From Bacillales bacterium UBA4278 (GTDB taxonomy: Bacteria; Bacillota_I; Bacilli_A; RFN20; CAG-826), in assembly GCA_002395065.1 (NCBI GenBank), contig DGVS01000005.1, positions 394 to 64,393 on the forward strand: a stretch of DNA of 64,000 bases, in the 5' to 3' direction. The translations under genes were made by a program, and so were the position numbers. Positions 34,451-44,644 of this stretch are shown here, one piece after another (the stretch's first letter is position 1; each line of letters starts with the position of its first letter). The notes beneath the pieces were generated by a model. It was not told the DNA's origin, made no database searches, and saw nothing but the letters and a program-made list of their open reading frames with translations.

Positions 34451-36124
34451 ATGTCGAATATCCGAATTGTCTTTCTTGGCGGACAAGATGAACGCTTTAA
34501 AAACATGATTGCGGTGGAAATTGACCGTGATATTTTCGTTGTTGAAGCTGGTTGTACCTTTCCTGACAAGAATAAACGTGGTATCGACTATATTATTCCG
34601 AAGTATGATTATTTGTTAACAAATAAAGATCGTGTTCGTGCTTACATTATAACTGAGGGAAACGATCCGATTTTCGGTGCGTTACCATTCATCATTGATA
34701 AGATTCCGGCACCAATTGTTTGTACAGATGTCACTCGTATTTTCCTATTTACATTCTGTGAACACAATAATATCAATCCATCTCATTATCAGTTCCAAAT
34801 CGTTGAACCAAGTGATGATATAACCATTGCTGGTCACTTAATTCGTCTTTTCTCAACGTGTTCGAATATGGCGAACTCCTATGGAGTTTGTTTCGACACT
34901 GACCAGGGAAATATCATTTTTGCGCTCAACTATGTCATTGATAACAATATGACTAAATCATTTGTGACTGATATTAAAAAGATGGGTGTGATTGCAGATA
35001 GCCCAACTCTTCTTTTACTAGCCGATTCAATTAATGCTGAACGTGCTGGATACTCGAATCCAATGTATAAACTTCGCACAGTGGTTCGAGAGTCAGTTAA
35101 AGACGTTAAGGGAAGAATTTTTGTCGGCCTTGAATCACCAGACGTTTATAACATCGTTGATATTATTCGTATTTGTTCTAAGTACCATCGTCGTATCGTT
35201 TTATACGATACAGCAACAAGCGATCTTGTTTATCGTTTGATTAAGGTTGGTGTGATTACTGTTCCAAAAGAAACATTTATTCCAGCGGAGGATATCAATC
35301 GATATCCAACGTCGGAAATTGTGGTATTGATTACCGGATTTAAGAACCGTTTACTCCATAAGATTTCGCTTTTAGCGAAAGGTTTACATGATAACAAGAT
35401 TATCAGCTTAAATAATACTGATACATTTGTTTTAGGAAACCATTTTACCAATGACGTTGAAATTGATTATTTTGATGCCATGGATGATTTATATCGCGCT
35501 GATGTCGATGTTGTTAGCATTCGTAAGAATGAATTTATCAAAATGCATCCATCAACTGAGGATATTAAGACAATGTTAACCATCTTTAGACCAAAATACT
35601 ATGTTCCAATTAGCGGTTATCTAGTTTGCTTACTTGCAAATGCAAATACAGCTGTGAACATGGGTATTGGTTTAAACCATCAGAATGTTTTACTTGTTGA
35701 TAACGGTATGGTTCTTAACTGCCAGAATTCAGTTTGCTCGTATTCGAGTGAAAAAGTTCTTTCTGGAAACGTAATGGTTGATGGTAAAGATGCATCTAAT
35801 TTCTCAGAGCAAATTGTTGAGGAACGTCGTCAGATCTCTGATGATGGTGTTGTTGTTTTAGGAACGGTTATCTCACAATCAAAACACGAAATTGTTGGAG
35901 GAGTAGATATTCAAACTCGTGGATTATTCTACGCGAAGAACTCCGATGCCTTGTTACGTGAGATGCAAACATTGTTTACAAAAATAGTTTCTGAAAAATT
36001 AAAAGAACCAGGAATTGTGGTGAAAACGATTGCTGATGAAGTAAAAAATTCGGTTTTGAGCTTAATTCGTCGTCAAACATTAAAAACCCCATTAATTCTC
36101 GTGTCAATTAAGGAAATAGACTAG
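34451..36124 (+). CDS. RNase J-like protein with substituted metallo-beta-lactamase metal ligands
   Basis: Collinear with RNase J over the full length (..IVFLGG..KNM..VE.D..I.V.EAG..FP....GIDYIIP.Y.YL..). The HGHEDH position reads EGNDPI (about 34652-34672). Confidence 0.8.
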   Translation: MSNIRIVFLGGQDERFKNMIAVEIDRDIFVVEAGCTFPDKNKRGIDYIIPKYDYLLTNKDRVRAYIITEGNDPIFGALPFIIDKIPAPIVCTDVTRIFLFTFCEHNNINPSHYQFQIVEPSDDITIAGHLIRLFSTCSNMANSYGVCFDTDQGNIIFALNYVIDNNMTKSFVTDIKKMGVIADSPTLLLLADSINAERAGYSNPMYKLRTVVRESVKDVKGRIFVGLESPDVYNIVDIIRICSKYHRRIVLYDTATSDLVYRLIKVGVITVPKETFIPAEDINRYPTSEIVVLITGFKNRLLHKISLLAKGLHDNKIISLNNTDTFVLGNHFTNDVEIDYFDAMDDLYRADVDVVSIRKNEFIKMHPSTEDIKTMLTIFRPKYYVPISGYLVCLLANANTAVNMGIGLNHQNVLLVDNGMVLNCQNSVCSYSSEKVLSGNVMVDGKDASNFSEQIVEERRQISDDGVVVLGTVISQSKHEIVGGVDIQTRGLFYAKNSDALLREMQTLFTKIVSEKLKEPGIVVKTIADEVKNSVLSLIRRQTLKTPLILVSIKEID

Positions 36125-36143
36125 TTTTGCAAGGGATTTTAAA

Positions 36144-38708
36144 ATGAAGAAGTTAAACATTAAAAGTTCAACTAACATCATTCTTGGTGGGCTAGCCCTC
36201 TCCCTTTTTGCGCTGGTTATTTTACTTTCGCACGGAACACCTTTTGAATTCTTAACAACGGCGATTTGTGCCGCTTTAGGATTCATTGGTTTCTGGATTT
36301 TAACTCCATTTCTTTTTGTTCTTGGTTTATACATTGTCTTCCGCAAAAAATTAGTTCAATTTAAACTGGAACTATCTTTATGGGGAATCTTTATTGTCGT
36401 TCTTTCTTTGCTTGTGATTACATCAAACTGGGGCAATACAGAAACCATTAATTTTACAAACTGCATTACTTTATTAAACCAACATCAGCCATTTGATCCA
36501 TTTACAAATACTGCCATTGGCGGTGGATTTATTGGCTATGTTTTAGCAGGAATTTTAAATAGCGCACTAACAATCATTGGAACATCCATTGTTTGTTGGA
36601 TTCTTTTTGTTGTAGGTGTTGTTTTAATCTTTAATAAGCAAGTTGTTTTACTCTTTAAAATGATTAAAAACCGAAAGAATAAAACTCCTAAACGAGAAGT
36701 TCGTTCGGAAGTAGCTGTGATCGAAGAAATTGAGACACCTGTTAATGAAGAATCTTCCGGAACTAACTTAGAAGATAAAAGTGATGAAGATCAAGCAGCA
36801 CTTCGCTCAATGGTGATGCATAGTTTTAACAATACACACGGATTCCAAAAAGCAACTTTTAACTTTGCTGAAGAAAAAGAGCTTGAAACCAAGTTTGAAC
36901 AACCTTCATTCCAAGCTAACCAATTCAATTCAGAACAACCTGCGGTTAATCAACAAGTTGAGGTCGAACAAGTTGTAAGCGAACCTGTTGAAAGTGAATC
37001 TACATTTTCTTTAGAAAATGAAGAACCACAAGTCAAAGAAGAAACTGTTGTTGAAAAGACACCTTTTGCTCCTGCTGAACCAGTGGAAGAAGTTGTGAGT
37101 GATCCATATCATCGTCCGCAACCAAAAGCGGTGATTCAAAAACCATATATTTACCCAGAAAAATCACTTTTAACTCCGCATGAATCAGCAGATGATATTT
37201 CGAAAAATGATGAATCGTGCGCTTCGCGTACTGATTTAATGAATCAAGTCTTTTCTGACCTAGGGATTGGCGCCAAAATCGTTGGACACACAATCGGACC
37301 TTCGGTCACTCGTTTTGATGTCGCAATGAATGCTAATGTTTCGGTTTCTACAATGCTAAGATATGTTGATGATATTTCCATTCGTCTTGGCGGTGTTCCA
37401 TGTCGTTTCGAGCGAATTGTTTTTGGTAAACCAACTTCTGGTTTAGAAATCCCAAATGCCGTTCGTACAAATGTCGGTTTATTCGAATCCATCAATGTTA
37501 TGGAAGAGAAGAAATGTAAACCAATGGAAATCATTTTTGGTAAGAATATTTCTGGCGAATTAATTACGGCTGATTTAACAAAATTCCCACACATGTTAGT
37601 CGCTGGTACAACCGGTTCTGGTAAATCAATCTTTATGCATGCAACGATTTTAACGTTGATTATGCGTAATTCTCCTGAACGTTTAAAGCTCATGCTTGTT
37701 GATCCAAAGAAGGTTGAAATGAGCTATTACAAAGAGATTCCACATCTACTTTGTCCAAATATTTCTGATCCACAAAAAGCCTATTTTGCTTTCAAAAAAC
37801 TCGTTATTGAAATGGAACGTCGTTATAACCTTTTTGAGGCTTCTGGCGTTCGTGATATTGGCGAGTTTAATGATTATGCTAAAGCAAACGGTATTCAACC
37901 ACTTCCATTTATTTGTGTCTTCATTGATGAATACGCAGATTTAAGTGAAGCCTGTAAGGATATTCGTACACCAGTCGTTCGTATCGCTCAAAAAGCACGA
38001 AGTGCTGGTATCCATTTAGTTATTGCAACCCAACGCCCAAGCGTAAATGTTATTGATGGCGTAATTAAGGCCAACGTGCCTGTTCACGTGGCATTAATGA
38101 CATCAAGTGCTACCGACTCGATAACAATTATTGGTGAAGGTGGCGCTGAACAACTTCTTGGAAACGGCGATATGCTCGTTGAATGTTCTCTGATTTCTCG
38201 TAGCAACAAGCCACGTGTCCAAGGTTGCTTTGTTTCTAGTAGCGAAATTCATAATGTTTGTAACTACATCCGTAGTGAAAATAAACCACAATATGATCCG
38301 TTCTTTATGGATCTTGAAAAAGATCCAGATGAACCAGTCGGTGGCATCTCTAAATCAAACGAACCAGAGGTGACAAAAGTTGATAAAAACCTTGAAGAAG
38401 AAAAGCTTTACGAAATCATTAAAGAAGATATTTCTTCTCGTGAATATTGTTCCATCTCGTTTTTAACGAGAAGTTATGGAATTGGTTTTCCAAAAGCCGG
38501 ACGTCTTTTCAATAAACTTGTTTGTGATGGTTATGTTGCTGACAAGGGTGATGCTCGTGGTTCAAAAGTCTTAATTCATACTGCTTCTCAACCACAACAA
38601 AACGGTTCAATTGAACAATCTGAATTTATTCCAAATGATCAACTTGAAGAATCTAGTGATGATTCAAGTTTTAGCCAAGATACTGATGTCAATCCAGTAG
38701 ATGAATAG
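36144..38708 (+). CDS. ftsK: DNA translocase FtsK/SpoIIIE
   Basis: N-terminal TM helices, an acidic/Gln-rich linker, a motor domain with Walker A GTTGSGKS and Walker B FIDEYADL, and a C-terminal gamma wHTH. Confidence 0.93.
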   Translation: MKKLNIKSSTNIILGGLALSLFALVILLSHGTPFEFLTTAICAALGFIGFWILTPFLFVLGLYIVFRKKLVQFKLELSLWGIFIVVLSLLVITSNWGNTETINFTNCITLLNQHQPFDPFTNTAIGGGFIGYVLAGILNSALTIIGTSIVCWILFVVGVVLIFNKQVVLLFKMIKNRKNKTPKREVRSEVAVIEEIETPVNEESSGTNLEDKSDEDQAALRSMVMHSFNNTHGFQKATFNFAEEKELETKFEQPSFQANQFNSEQPAVNQQVEVEQVVSEPVESESTFSLENEEPQVKEETVVEKTPFAPAEPVEEVVSDPYHRPQPKAVIQKPYIYPEKSLLTPHESADDISKNDESCASRTDLMNQVFSDLGIGAKIVGHTIGPSVTRFDVAMNANVSVSTMLRYVDDISIRLGGVPCRFERIVFGKPTSGLEIPNAVRTNVGLFESINVMEEKKCKPMEIIFGKNISGELITADLTKFPHMLVAGTTGSGKSIFMHATILTLIMRNSPERLKLMLVDPKKVEMSYYKEIPHLLCPNISDPQKAYFAFKKLVIEMERRYNLFEASGVRDIGEFNDYAKANGIQPLPFICVFIDEYADLSEACKDIRTPVVRIAQKARSAGIHLVIATQRPSVNVIDGVIKANVPVHVALMTSSATDSITIIGEGGAEQLLGNGDMLVECSLISRSNKPRVQGCFVSSSEIHNVCNYIRSENKPQYDPFFMDLEKDPDEPVGGISKSNEPEVTKVDKNLEEEKLYEIIKEDISSREYCSISFLTRSYGIGFPKAGRLFNKLVCDGYVADKGDARGSKVLIHTASQPQQNGSIEQSEFIPNDQLEESSDDSSFSQDTDVNPVDE

Positions 38709-40719
38709 TTATTTATCAAATTATCACGAAATATGCATTCCTAACCACATCCTCGGATTTGGTTTTTCTCTTTTCATCAATAACGAAGAAAGAGAATGTC
38801 AATTTGTCAGTAAAACTGACAAGGTTTCGTATTATTTCATTACTGGAAATGACGAAATTCTTGGTCAAGAAATCATTTTAAAATATGGTGATCAACAAGA
38901 GTTCGTTGATGTGACAAAACTAGCTCTTTTATTGGACTTTGATGATATCTACGCTACTGATATCGAACTTGGACCAATCTGTCATGATGATTTCACCATC
39001 TTTAGATTATGGGCTCCGTTTGCTTCAAGTGTTGTTTTATCTATAGATAACGCCTCATATAAACTTCATCGTTTAGAGTGTGGCGTATATGAAATTCGTG
39101 TTGATGGTGATTTAGATGGTCATCTTTATCAATATGAAGTAACCGTGAATGGTCAAAAAAACATCGTAACTGACCCATACGCGAAATCAAGTAATGCCAA
39201 CGGAAAAGAGTCTGCCATAATTAATATATCTCGCTTAATGCGTTCATTTAAGAATGTTGTCGTGGAAAAGACATATAGCAAACTTAAAAGCAGTGTCTAT
39301 GAATTGCATGTCCGTGACTTCACGATTCAACAAACAACCAACATTGTTCATAAAGGAAAATATTTAGGTTTAACCGAGGAAAATCGCGTTACAAAGCAGA
39401 ACCATCCTTGTGGTTTAGATTATTTAAAGTTCCTTCATGTGAGTCATGTTCAACTTCTTCCGGTGCTAGATTTTGAAACAGTGGATGAAATCAAAGGTGG
39501 TTATAACTGGGGTTATGACCCAGTATCTTTCTTTACTTTAGAAGGAAGCTATTCCACGGATCCAAATAATCCGTTTTCCAGAATGGTGGAGTTCCGTCAG
39601 CTTGTTGATTCATTACATAAATCGGGTTTAAGAGTTAATCTTGATGTGGTTTATAACCACATTTACAATGGGGCGAGACAAAATCTAAATGTTATTACTC
39701 CGCATTACTTCTTAAGAGAAGAAAACGAAAAACTTGCCAACCATTCCTGGTGCGGATGTGATTTTGCTAGTGAGAGAAAAATGGCTCGTCGGCTAATTAA
39801 AGAATCGATAGATTTTTTAATGAAAACTTATGATGTTGATGGATTCCGTTTTGATTTAATGGGTCTAATTGATTTAGAGACAATGAAAGAAGTGACAAAT
39901 CTCATTTTGTCCAACAAAAAAGAAGCTCTTGTTTACGGTGAAGGTTGGGATATGAACGCCATCACTTTTAAAGATGAAAAACTTGCCACAATCAAAAATA
40001 GCCACGAATTGCCTGACGTTTCGTTCTTTAATGACACATATCGTGACATCATGAGAGGCCATGGTGGGCACGCTAAACTCGATGATAACGGATTTCTTTT
40101 GGGCAACACATCGTATGTCGAAGGTTTTAAATTTGCTTACCTTGGATCATCAAAAAACTTAACATATCCAAAGCTTTTTGATCACCCAAGTCAATCAATT
40201 AACTATGTTGAATGCCATGATAACGCAACAATTTATGATGTAATAAATGAATCAACCGAAGACATTGATGTTTTAAGAATGGTGAAACTGTTTAATAAAG
40301 TTATCATGTGTTCGGTTGGTATCCCATTTATTCATATGGGACAAGAAATTGGTTTAACCAAACACAACCAAAGAAATACCTATAATTTAGGTGATTATTA
40401 TAATCAAATGGATTATGACATTTTGGATGAACGCTATGACATGGCACAGTCATTTAGACACTATAACCTCGCCCGTCAACATGCTGATTTTTTAGATAAT
40501 CTAGATTTAAACAATGTTAGTTTTATGTCTCCTAAAGAAGGTGTGCTAATCGCGACCTGGAATGGGGAAAGAAAATATAAATATTGTTTCAATGTAACAA
40601 AACAAGAATTTGCCTTGCCAAATAGTGAATGTTTCTATAATTATTCTAAGAATAATAATCGTGTAGAAGAAACAATTTATCTTCCACCTTTCCGTTGTAC
40701 TTATTTATTAAAGGATTAA
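38701..40719 (+). CDS. pulA: Type I pullulanase / debranching enzyme (GH13), no signal peptide
   Basis: YNWGYDP, DVVYNH, DGFRFDLMG, YGEGWD and YVECHDN motifs. It has an 8-nt overlap with ftsK. Confidence 0.88.
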   Translation: MNSYLSNYHEICIPNHILGFGFSLFINNEERECQFVSKTDKVSYYFITGNDEILGQEIILKYGDQQEFVDVTKLALLLDFDDIYATDIELGPICHDDFTIFRLWAPFASSVVLSIDNASYKLHRLECGVYEIRVDGDLDGHLYQYEVTVNGQKNIVTDPYAKSSNANGKESAIINISRLMRSFKNVVVEKTYSKLKSSVYELHVRDFTIQQTTNIVHKGKYLGLTEENRVTKQNHPCGLDYLKFLHVSHVQLLPVLDFETVDEIKGGYNWGYDPVSFFTLEGSYSTDPNNPFSRMVEFRQLVDSLHKSGLRVNLDVVYNHIYNGARQNLNVITPHYFLREENEKLANHSWCGCDFASERKMARRLIKESIDFLMKTYDVDGFRFDLMGLIDLETMKEVTNLILSNKKEALVYGEGWDMNAITFKDEKLATIKNSHELPDVSFFNDTYRDIMRGHGGHAKLDDNGFLLGNTSYVEGFKFAYLGSSKNLTYPKLFDHPSQSINYVECHDNATIYDVINESTEDIDVLRMVKLFNKVIMCSVGIPFIHMGQEIGLTKHNQRNTYNLGDYYNQMDYDILDERYDMAQSFRHYNLARQHADFLDNLDLNNVSFMSPKEGVLIATWNGERKYKYCFNVTKQEFALPNSECFYNYSKNNNRVEETIYLPPFRCTYLLKD

Positions 40720-40728
40720 AATGTTGTT

Positions 40729-41550
40729 ATGAGAAAATTCTTTATTTACTTAAAAGTTGTCTTCATGTGTGGCCCAGTCATTCTTTTTAATTTATTTCGT
40801 TATTTAAAATACACTCGTCATCCAGAGAAATATCCTTTTGAAAAAAGATATGCCATGGTGCGTAAGGAAATCCTCTTTGTTTTACGCCGCTTCCATATTG
40901 ATGTTCAAGCTCAAGGATACGAAACACTTAGCAATGCTAAAAAACCATGCTTAGTCATTTCAAACCACTATAGTTTAATGGACCCAGTCATGCTCATTGC
41001 GAGCAGTGAACGTCCAATTACTTTCTTATCAAAGAAAGAAAATTTAAAGATGCCATTTGTTGGTCAAATCTTAAAGATGCTCCAAGTGTTTACGATTGAC
41101 CGTAAAAACGTTCTTTCTCAAGTTCGTACATTGCAACAAATCGGCGAATATCTAAAAGATGAAACCAAACCACACGTTGTCATCTTTATTGAAGGTACCA
41201 GAAACAAAAAACCAGAAGGCGATCTTCTTGAATTCCATCCTGGAACATTAAAAATTGCCTATAAGGCAAATTGTAATATTGTTCCTGCAACAATGTATGG
41301 AACATTCCGTATCTTAAAGCTTAATTCGTATCTTAAAAAATATCCATTCTGGTGGAAGATTAATGATCCAATCACACCAGAGATGTTTGCTAATAAGAGC
41401 ACAATTGATTTAGCTGCTGAAATTAGACAAAAAATGACCGAACAAGTCGATCAATTGCGAGTTTTAGATAAGAAATATATCTACGAAGAGAAGGTTAGTG
41501 TCAAACGCAAAGCGTTAGAAACTGTCGTCGATCTTCGCGTTAATGCGTAA
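40729..41550 (+). CDS. plsC: 1-acyl-sn-glycerol-3-phosphate acyltransferase
   Basis: NHYSLMD (the H-x4-D motif) and FIEGTR motifs, plus an N-terminal TM helix. Confidence 0.8.
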   Translation: MRKFFIYLKVVFMCGPVILFNLFRYLKYTRHPEKYPFEKRYAMVRKEILFVLRRFHIDVQAQGYETLSNAKKPCLVISNHYSLMDPVMLIASSERPITFLSKKENLKMPFVGQILKMLQVFTIDRKNVLSQVRTLQQIGEYLKDETKPHVVIFIEGTRNKKPEGDLLEFHPGTLKIAYKANCNIVPATMYGTFRILKLNSYLKKYPFWWKINDPITPEMFANKSTIDLAAEIRQKMTEQVDQLRVLDKKYIYEEKVSVKRKALETVVDLRVNA

Positions 41551-42819
41551 TCCCTTAGGATATAAGTTCTTTAGAACTCCATTTACGGAATGAACGCATC
41601 CAAGATTCATTCCTAGATATGAAACGAAATAATAGCCCTCTGGGTTATTTTTTCTGATTTGATTTCCACTTAGGTATTGGACAACTTCCTCTCGAGTAAG
41701 TTCGATGCTATTTCTGGCTGAGACGGCATGAGAGAAGTGGTGAGAAGGAATCTCTTTGTTATTAATAATTGACTTTGTTAGTAATCCTGGACGAAGAGAC
41801 AATTCAATCAGTCGTTCATCAATCTTATTTTTTAAATGAAAAACTTGCGTTTCTTTGGAGTTTCCTTTGGTTTGAACAACACGTTTGATGTCAATTTCTT
41901 CGACCCGATTTTCACTTAAAATACCTGGTTTTGTAATTAAGGCAATGTAGTGTCCCTCCCCAGAAAACATGTTTGGAAAAAGATGCACGGTTTCTGGATA
42001 TTTTTTTGAGCGGAAATTGCCGGTGATTTCTGGAATTCGTTGAAGTTTTGCTGGTGTTTTTTGGAGGAGATATTCGACGACTTCTTCATCTTCTTCATAT
42101 GAATATGAGCAGGTGGAATAAACAAGAGTTCCACCTTCTTTTAACATGGAAAACGCCATCAAAATTAGTTCCTTTTGAATAGCGGAATATTTTAAGACTT
42201 TTTCATATGTCCAATCTTTTTTCATTTCCTCGTTTTTGCGGAACATTCCCGATCCGCTACAAGGAGCATCAAGGATAATTGCGTCAAAATAATTCAGGTA
42301 ATTCTGAGATATTTTTGAGAAGTCTAGTGATGTTACGACGACATTATCAAGACCCATTCTTTCAATATTTTGAAGAAGAGTTAATGCTCTTGGTTTTGAT
42401 AAATCGTTTGAAACTAGAATACCGTTTTGATTTAGTCTTAATGAAGCTTGAACAGTTTTTCCTCCTGGCGCAGCACAAAGATCAAGAATCCTTTCGTTTC
42501 CTTTTAAAGGAAGAAGGGAAGCAACAATAGCGGCGCTAGGATCTTGAATATAATAAGCACCTTGTTCGTGATAAATCATTTTTCCTAAGTCATACTCACT
42601 TTGGTCATACAAGAAGGCGTGTTCTACGAACGGATGCCTTCTAACACGAGGAAAAAGATTAATGAAAGCGTCATCGCTCATTTTCTTAAAGTTTAAATAA
42701 ACGCCTTTGTGTTCTTTTTCATCAAATGATGAAATAAGACTAGAAATCTCACTTTCTGTTAAATATTTTTTTAGGTGCTTAGCAAAATCCATATCTTTAT
42801 TATTAAATAAAACAAACAC
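41515..42819 (-). CDS. rsmF: RsmB/RsmF-family rRNA cytosine-C5 methyltransferase
   Basis: DLCAAPGGKT, ILDAPCSGSGMFRK and YSTCS motifs. Its 3' end overlaps the 3' end of plsC by 36 nt. Confidence 0.85.
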   Translation of the reverse strand: MFVLFNNKDMDFAKHLKKYLTESEISSLISSFDEKEHKGVYLNFKKMSDDAFINLFPRVRRHPFVEHAFLYDQSEYDLGKMIYHEQGAYYIQDPSAAIVASLLPLKGNERILDLCAAPGGKTVQASLRLNQNGILVSNDLSKPRALTLLQNIERMGLDNVVVTSLDFSKISQNYLNYFDAIILDAPCSGSGMFRKNEEMKKDWTYEKVLKYSAIQKELILMAFSMLKEGGTLVYSTCSYSYEEDEEVVEYLLQKTPAKLQRIPEITGNFRSKKYPETVHLFPNMFSGEGHYIALITKPGILSENRVEEIDIKRVVQTKGNSKETQVFHLKNKIDERLIELSLRPGLLTKSIINNKEIPSHHFSHAVSARNSIELTREEVVQYLSGNQIRKNNPEGYYFVSYLGMNLGCVHSVNGVLKNLYPKGLRINAKIDDSF

Positions 42820-42890
42820 AATTACGAGTTTTAAAAATTGTTATTATAATTCATACTAATTTGGTATGATTATAATGAGGTTTTATTTTT

Positions 42891-44192
42891 ATGAGAATGG
42901 TAGATATTATTACAAAAAAGCGTGATGGTAAGGAATTAACCGACCAAGAAATCACGTTCTTTGTTGACGGATATGTCGCTGGAAGAATTCCAGACTATCA
43001 AGTTTCCGCACTTTTAATGGCCATCGTCTTTAAAGGCATGACCAACCGTGAAATCGTCACTTTAACTGACCGTATGGAACATAGTGGCGATGTTATGGAT
43101 TTAAGTGATATTAAGGGAGTAAAAGTTGATAAACACTCCACAGGTGGTGTTGGTGATAAAACTACCTTGGCCCTTGGGCCAATGGTTGCCGCTTGCGGTG
43201 CTGTCTTAGCTAAAATGAGCGGTCGTGGTTTAGGTCACACCGGTGGAACACTTGATAAACTCGAATCAATTCCAGGTATGAATGTGTTTGTTTCTGATGA
43301 ACAATTTAGAAAACAAGTTGCTGAAATTGGATGCGCAGTTGTCGGACAGACCGGACAACTCGTTCCAGCTGATAAAAAGTTATACGCCCTTCGTGACGTT
43401 ACTGGCACAGTTGAGTCAATGCCTTTAATTGCTTCTTCGGTTATGTCAAAGAAGCTTGCTAGTGGATCAGACTGCATCTTACTCGATGTGAAGTTTGGTA
43501 ACGGCGCTTTCATGAAGAATATTGAAGCTGCTAAAGAACTTGCTATCGTGATGTGCAAGATTGGTAATGCACTAGGACGTGATACTCGCGCCGTCTTAAC
43601 TGATATGGAACAACCATTAGGCTTTGCCGTAGGCAATGCCTTAGAAGTTAAAGAAGCAATTGCTACCTTACATGGCCACGGTCCAAAAGATTTCACTGAA
43701 TTATGCTTACGTTCAGGCGCGATCATGCTTGAGCAAGCCAAGATTGCCAAATCAGAAGAAGAAGCCATGGAAATGCTCAAGAAAGTTATTGCTGATGGTT
43801 CTGCTTTTGAAAAATTCCGTCAAATGGTCATTGCCCAAGGTGGTGATGTTTCCTATATCGATCATCCAGAAAAATTCCCAGAATCCAAATATGTCGTTGA
43901 AGTCAAAGCGGCTAAAGATGGTTATATTAAGCGCATTGTGGCCCTTGAAATTGGCGAAAGCGCTATGCGCTTAGGCGCCGGTAGAGAAACATTTGATGAT
44001 GTCATCGATATGTCTGCTGGTATCGTCTTAAGTAAGAAGGTTGGAGACAAGGTCAAGAAGGGCGATGTGCTTTGCACAGTTCACACCAATGTTGAAGATC
44101 ATGCTCAAATCCTTAAGGATATTGAAGAAGCTTTCCATATTGTTGATGAATTTGTCGCTGTTCCTCCAACTGTTCACGATTACATTCATTAA
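42891..44192 (+). CDS. pdp: Pyrimidine-nucleoside phosphorylase
   Basis: ..DKHSTGGVGDKT.., SGRGLGHTGGTLDKLE. Confidence 0.92.
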   Translation: MRMVDIITKKRDGKELTDQEITFFVDGYVAGRIPDYQVSALLMAIVFKGMTNREIVTLTDRMEHSGDVMDLSDIKGVKVDKHSTGGVGDKTTLALGPMVAACGAVLAKMSGRGLGHTGGTLDKLESIPGMNVFVSDEQFRKQVAEIGCAVVGQTGQLVPADKKLYALRDVTGTVESMPLIASSVMSKKLASGSDCILLDVKFGNGAFMKNIEAAKELAIVMCKIGNALGRDTRAVLTDMEQPLGFAVGNALEVKEAIATLHGHGPKDFTELCLRSGAIMLEQAKIAKSEEEAMEMLKKVIADGSAFEKFRQMVIAQGGDVSYIDHPEKFPESKYVVEVKAAKDGYIKRIVALEIGESAMRLGAGRETFDDVIDMSAGIVLSKKVGDKVKKGDVLCTVHTNVEDHAQILKDIEEAFHIVDEFVAVPPTVHDYIH

Positions 44193-44194
44193 TA

Positions 44195-44644
44195 ATGAAA
44201 ATTGTCATTCAAAATGTAACAAGAGCCTCATGTGAGGTCGATAAAAAAATCGTGGGAAGTATTTCCCGCGGTTTTTGTCTATTTGTTGGTTTTACCAATG
44301 GAGACAATAAAAAGCTCGTTGAAAAAATGAGTAATAAACTTCTTTCGTTACGTTTGTTTGATGATAAAAATGGTAAAACAAATCTTTCTTTGAAAGATAT
44401 TAACGGAGAAATCCTCTCGATTTCGCAGTTTACTCTGTATGCATCGGTTAAAGATGGACGTCGTCCAAGCTTTGTTAATGCTCTTAATCCAAAGGAAGCT
44501 TGTGAATTATATGATTACTTTAATCAATGTCTAAAAGATGCTGGATATAAAGTAGAAACTGGTATTTTTGGTGCAATGATGAAAATTGATTTAGTCAATG
44601 ATGGCCCATTTACAACCATTCTTGATTCAAAGGAGCTTTTCTAA
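44195..44644 (+). CDS. dtd: D-aminoacyl-tRNA deacylase
   Basis: MKIVIQ.V..A.V.., SQFTLYA and GRRPSF motifs. Confidence 0.92.
   Translation: MKIVIQNVTRASCEVDKKIVGSISRGFCLFVGFTNGDNKKLVEKMSNKLLSLRLFDDKNGKTNLSLKDINGEILSISQFTLYASVKDGRRPSFVNALNPKEACELYDYFNQCLKDAGYKVETGIFGAMMKIDLVNDGPFTTILDSKELF

Noticed and set aside
36104-36346. 80-aa minus-strand ORF overlapping the RNase J-like 3' end and the ftsK 5' end
   Set aside because: It overlaps two well-supported + strand genes, has a basic low-complexity translation and has no RBS.
37244-37693. 149-aa ORF antisense to the ftsK motor domain
   Set aside because: It is a shadow ORF inside a conserved domain of ftsK, with no independent signals.
43235-43780. 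181-aa ORF antisense to pdp
   Set aside because: It is embedded in a confidently identified pyrimidine-nucleoside phosphorylase gene. Its Ser/Ala/Pro-rich shadow-frame composition carries no motifs.
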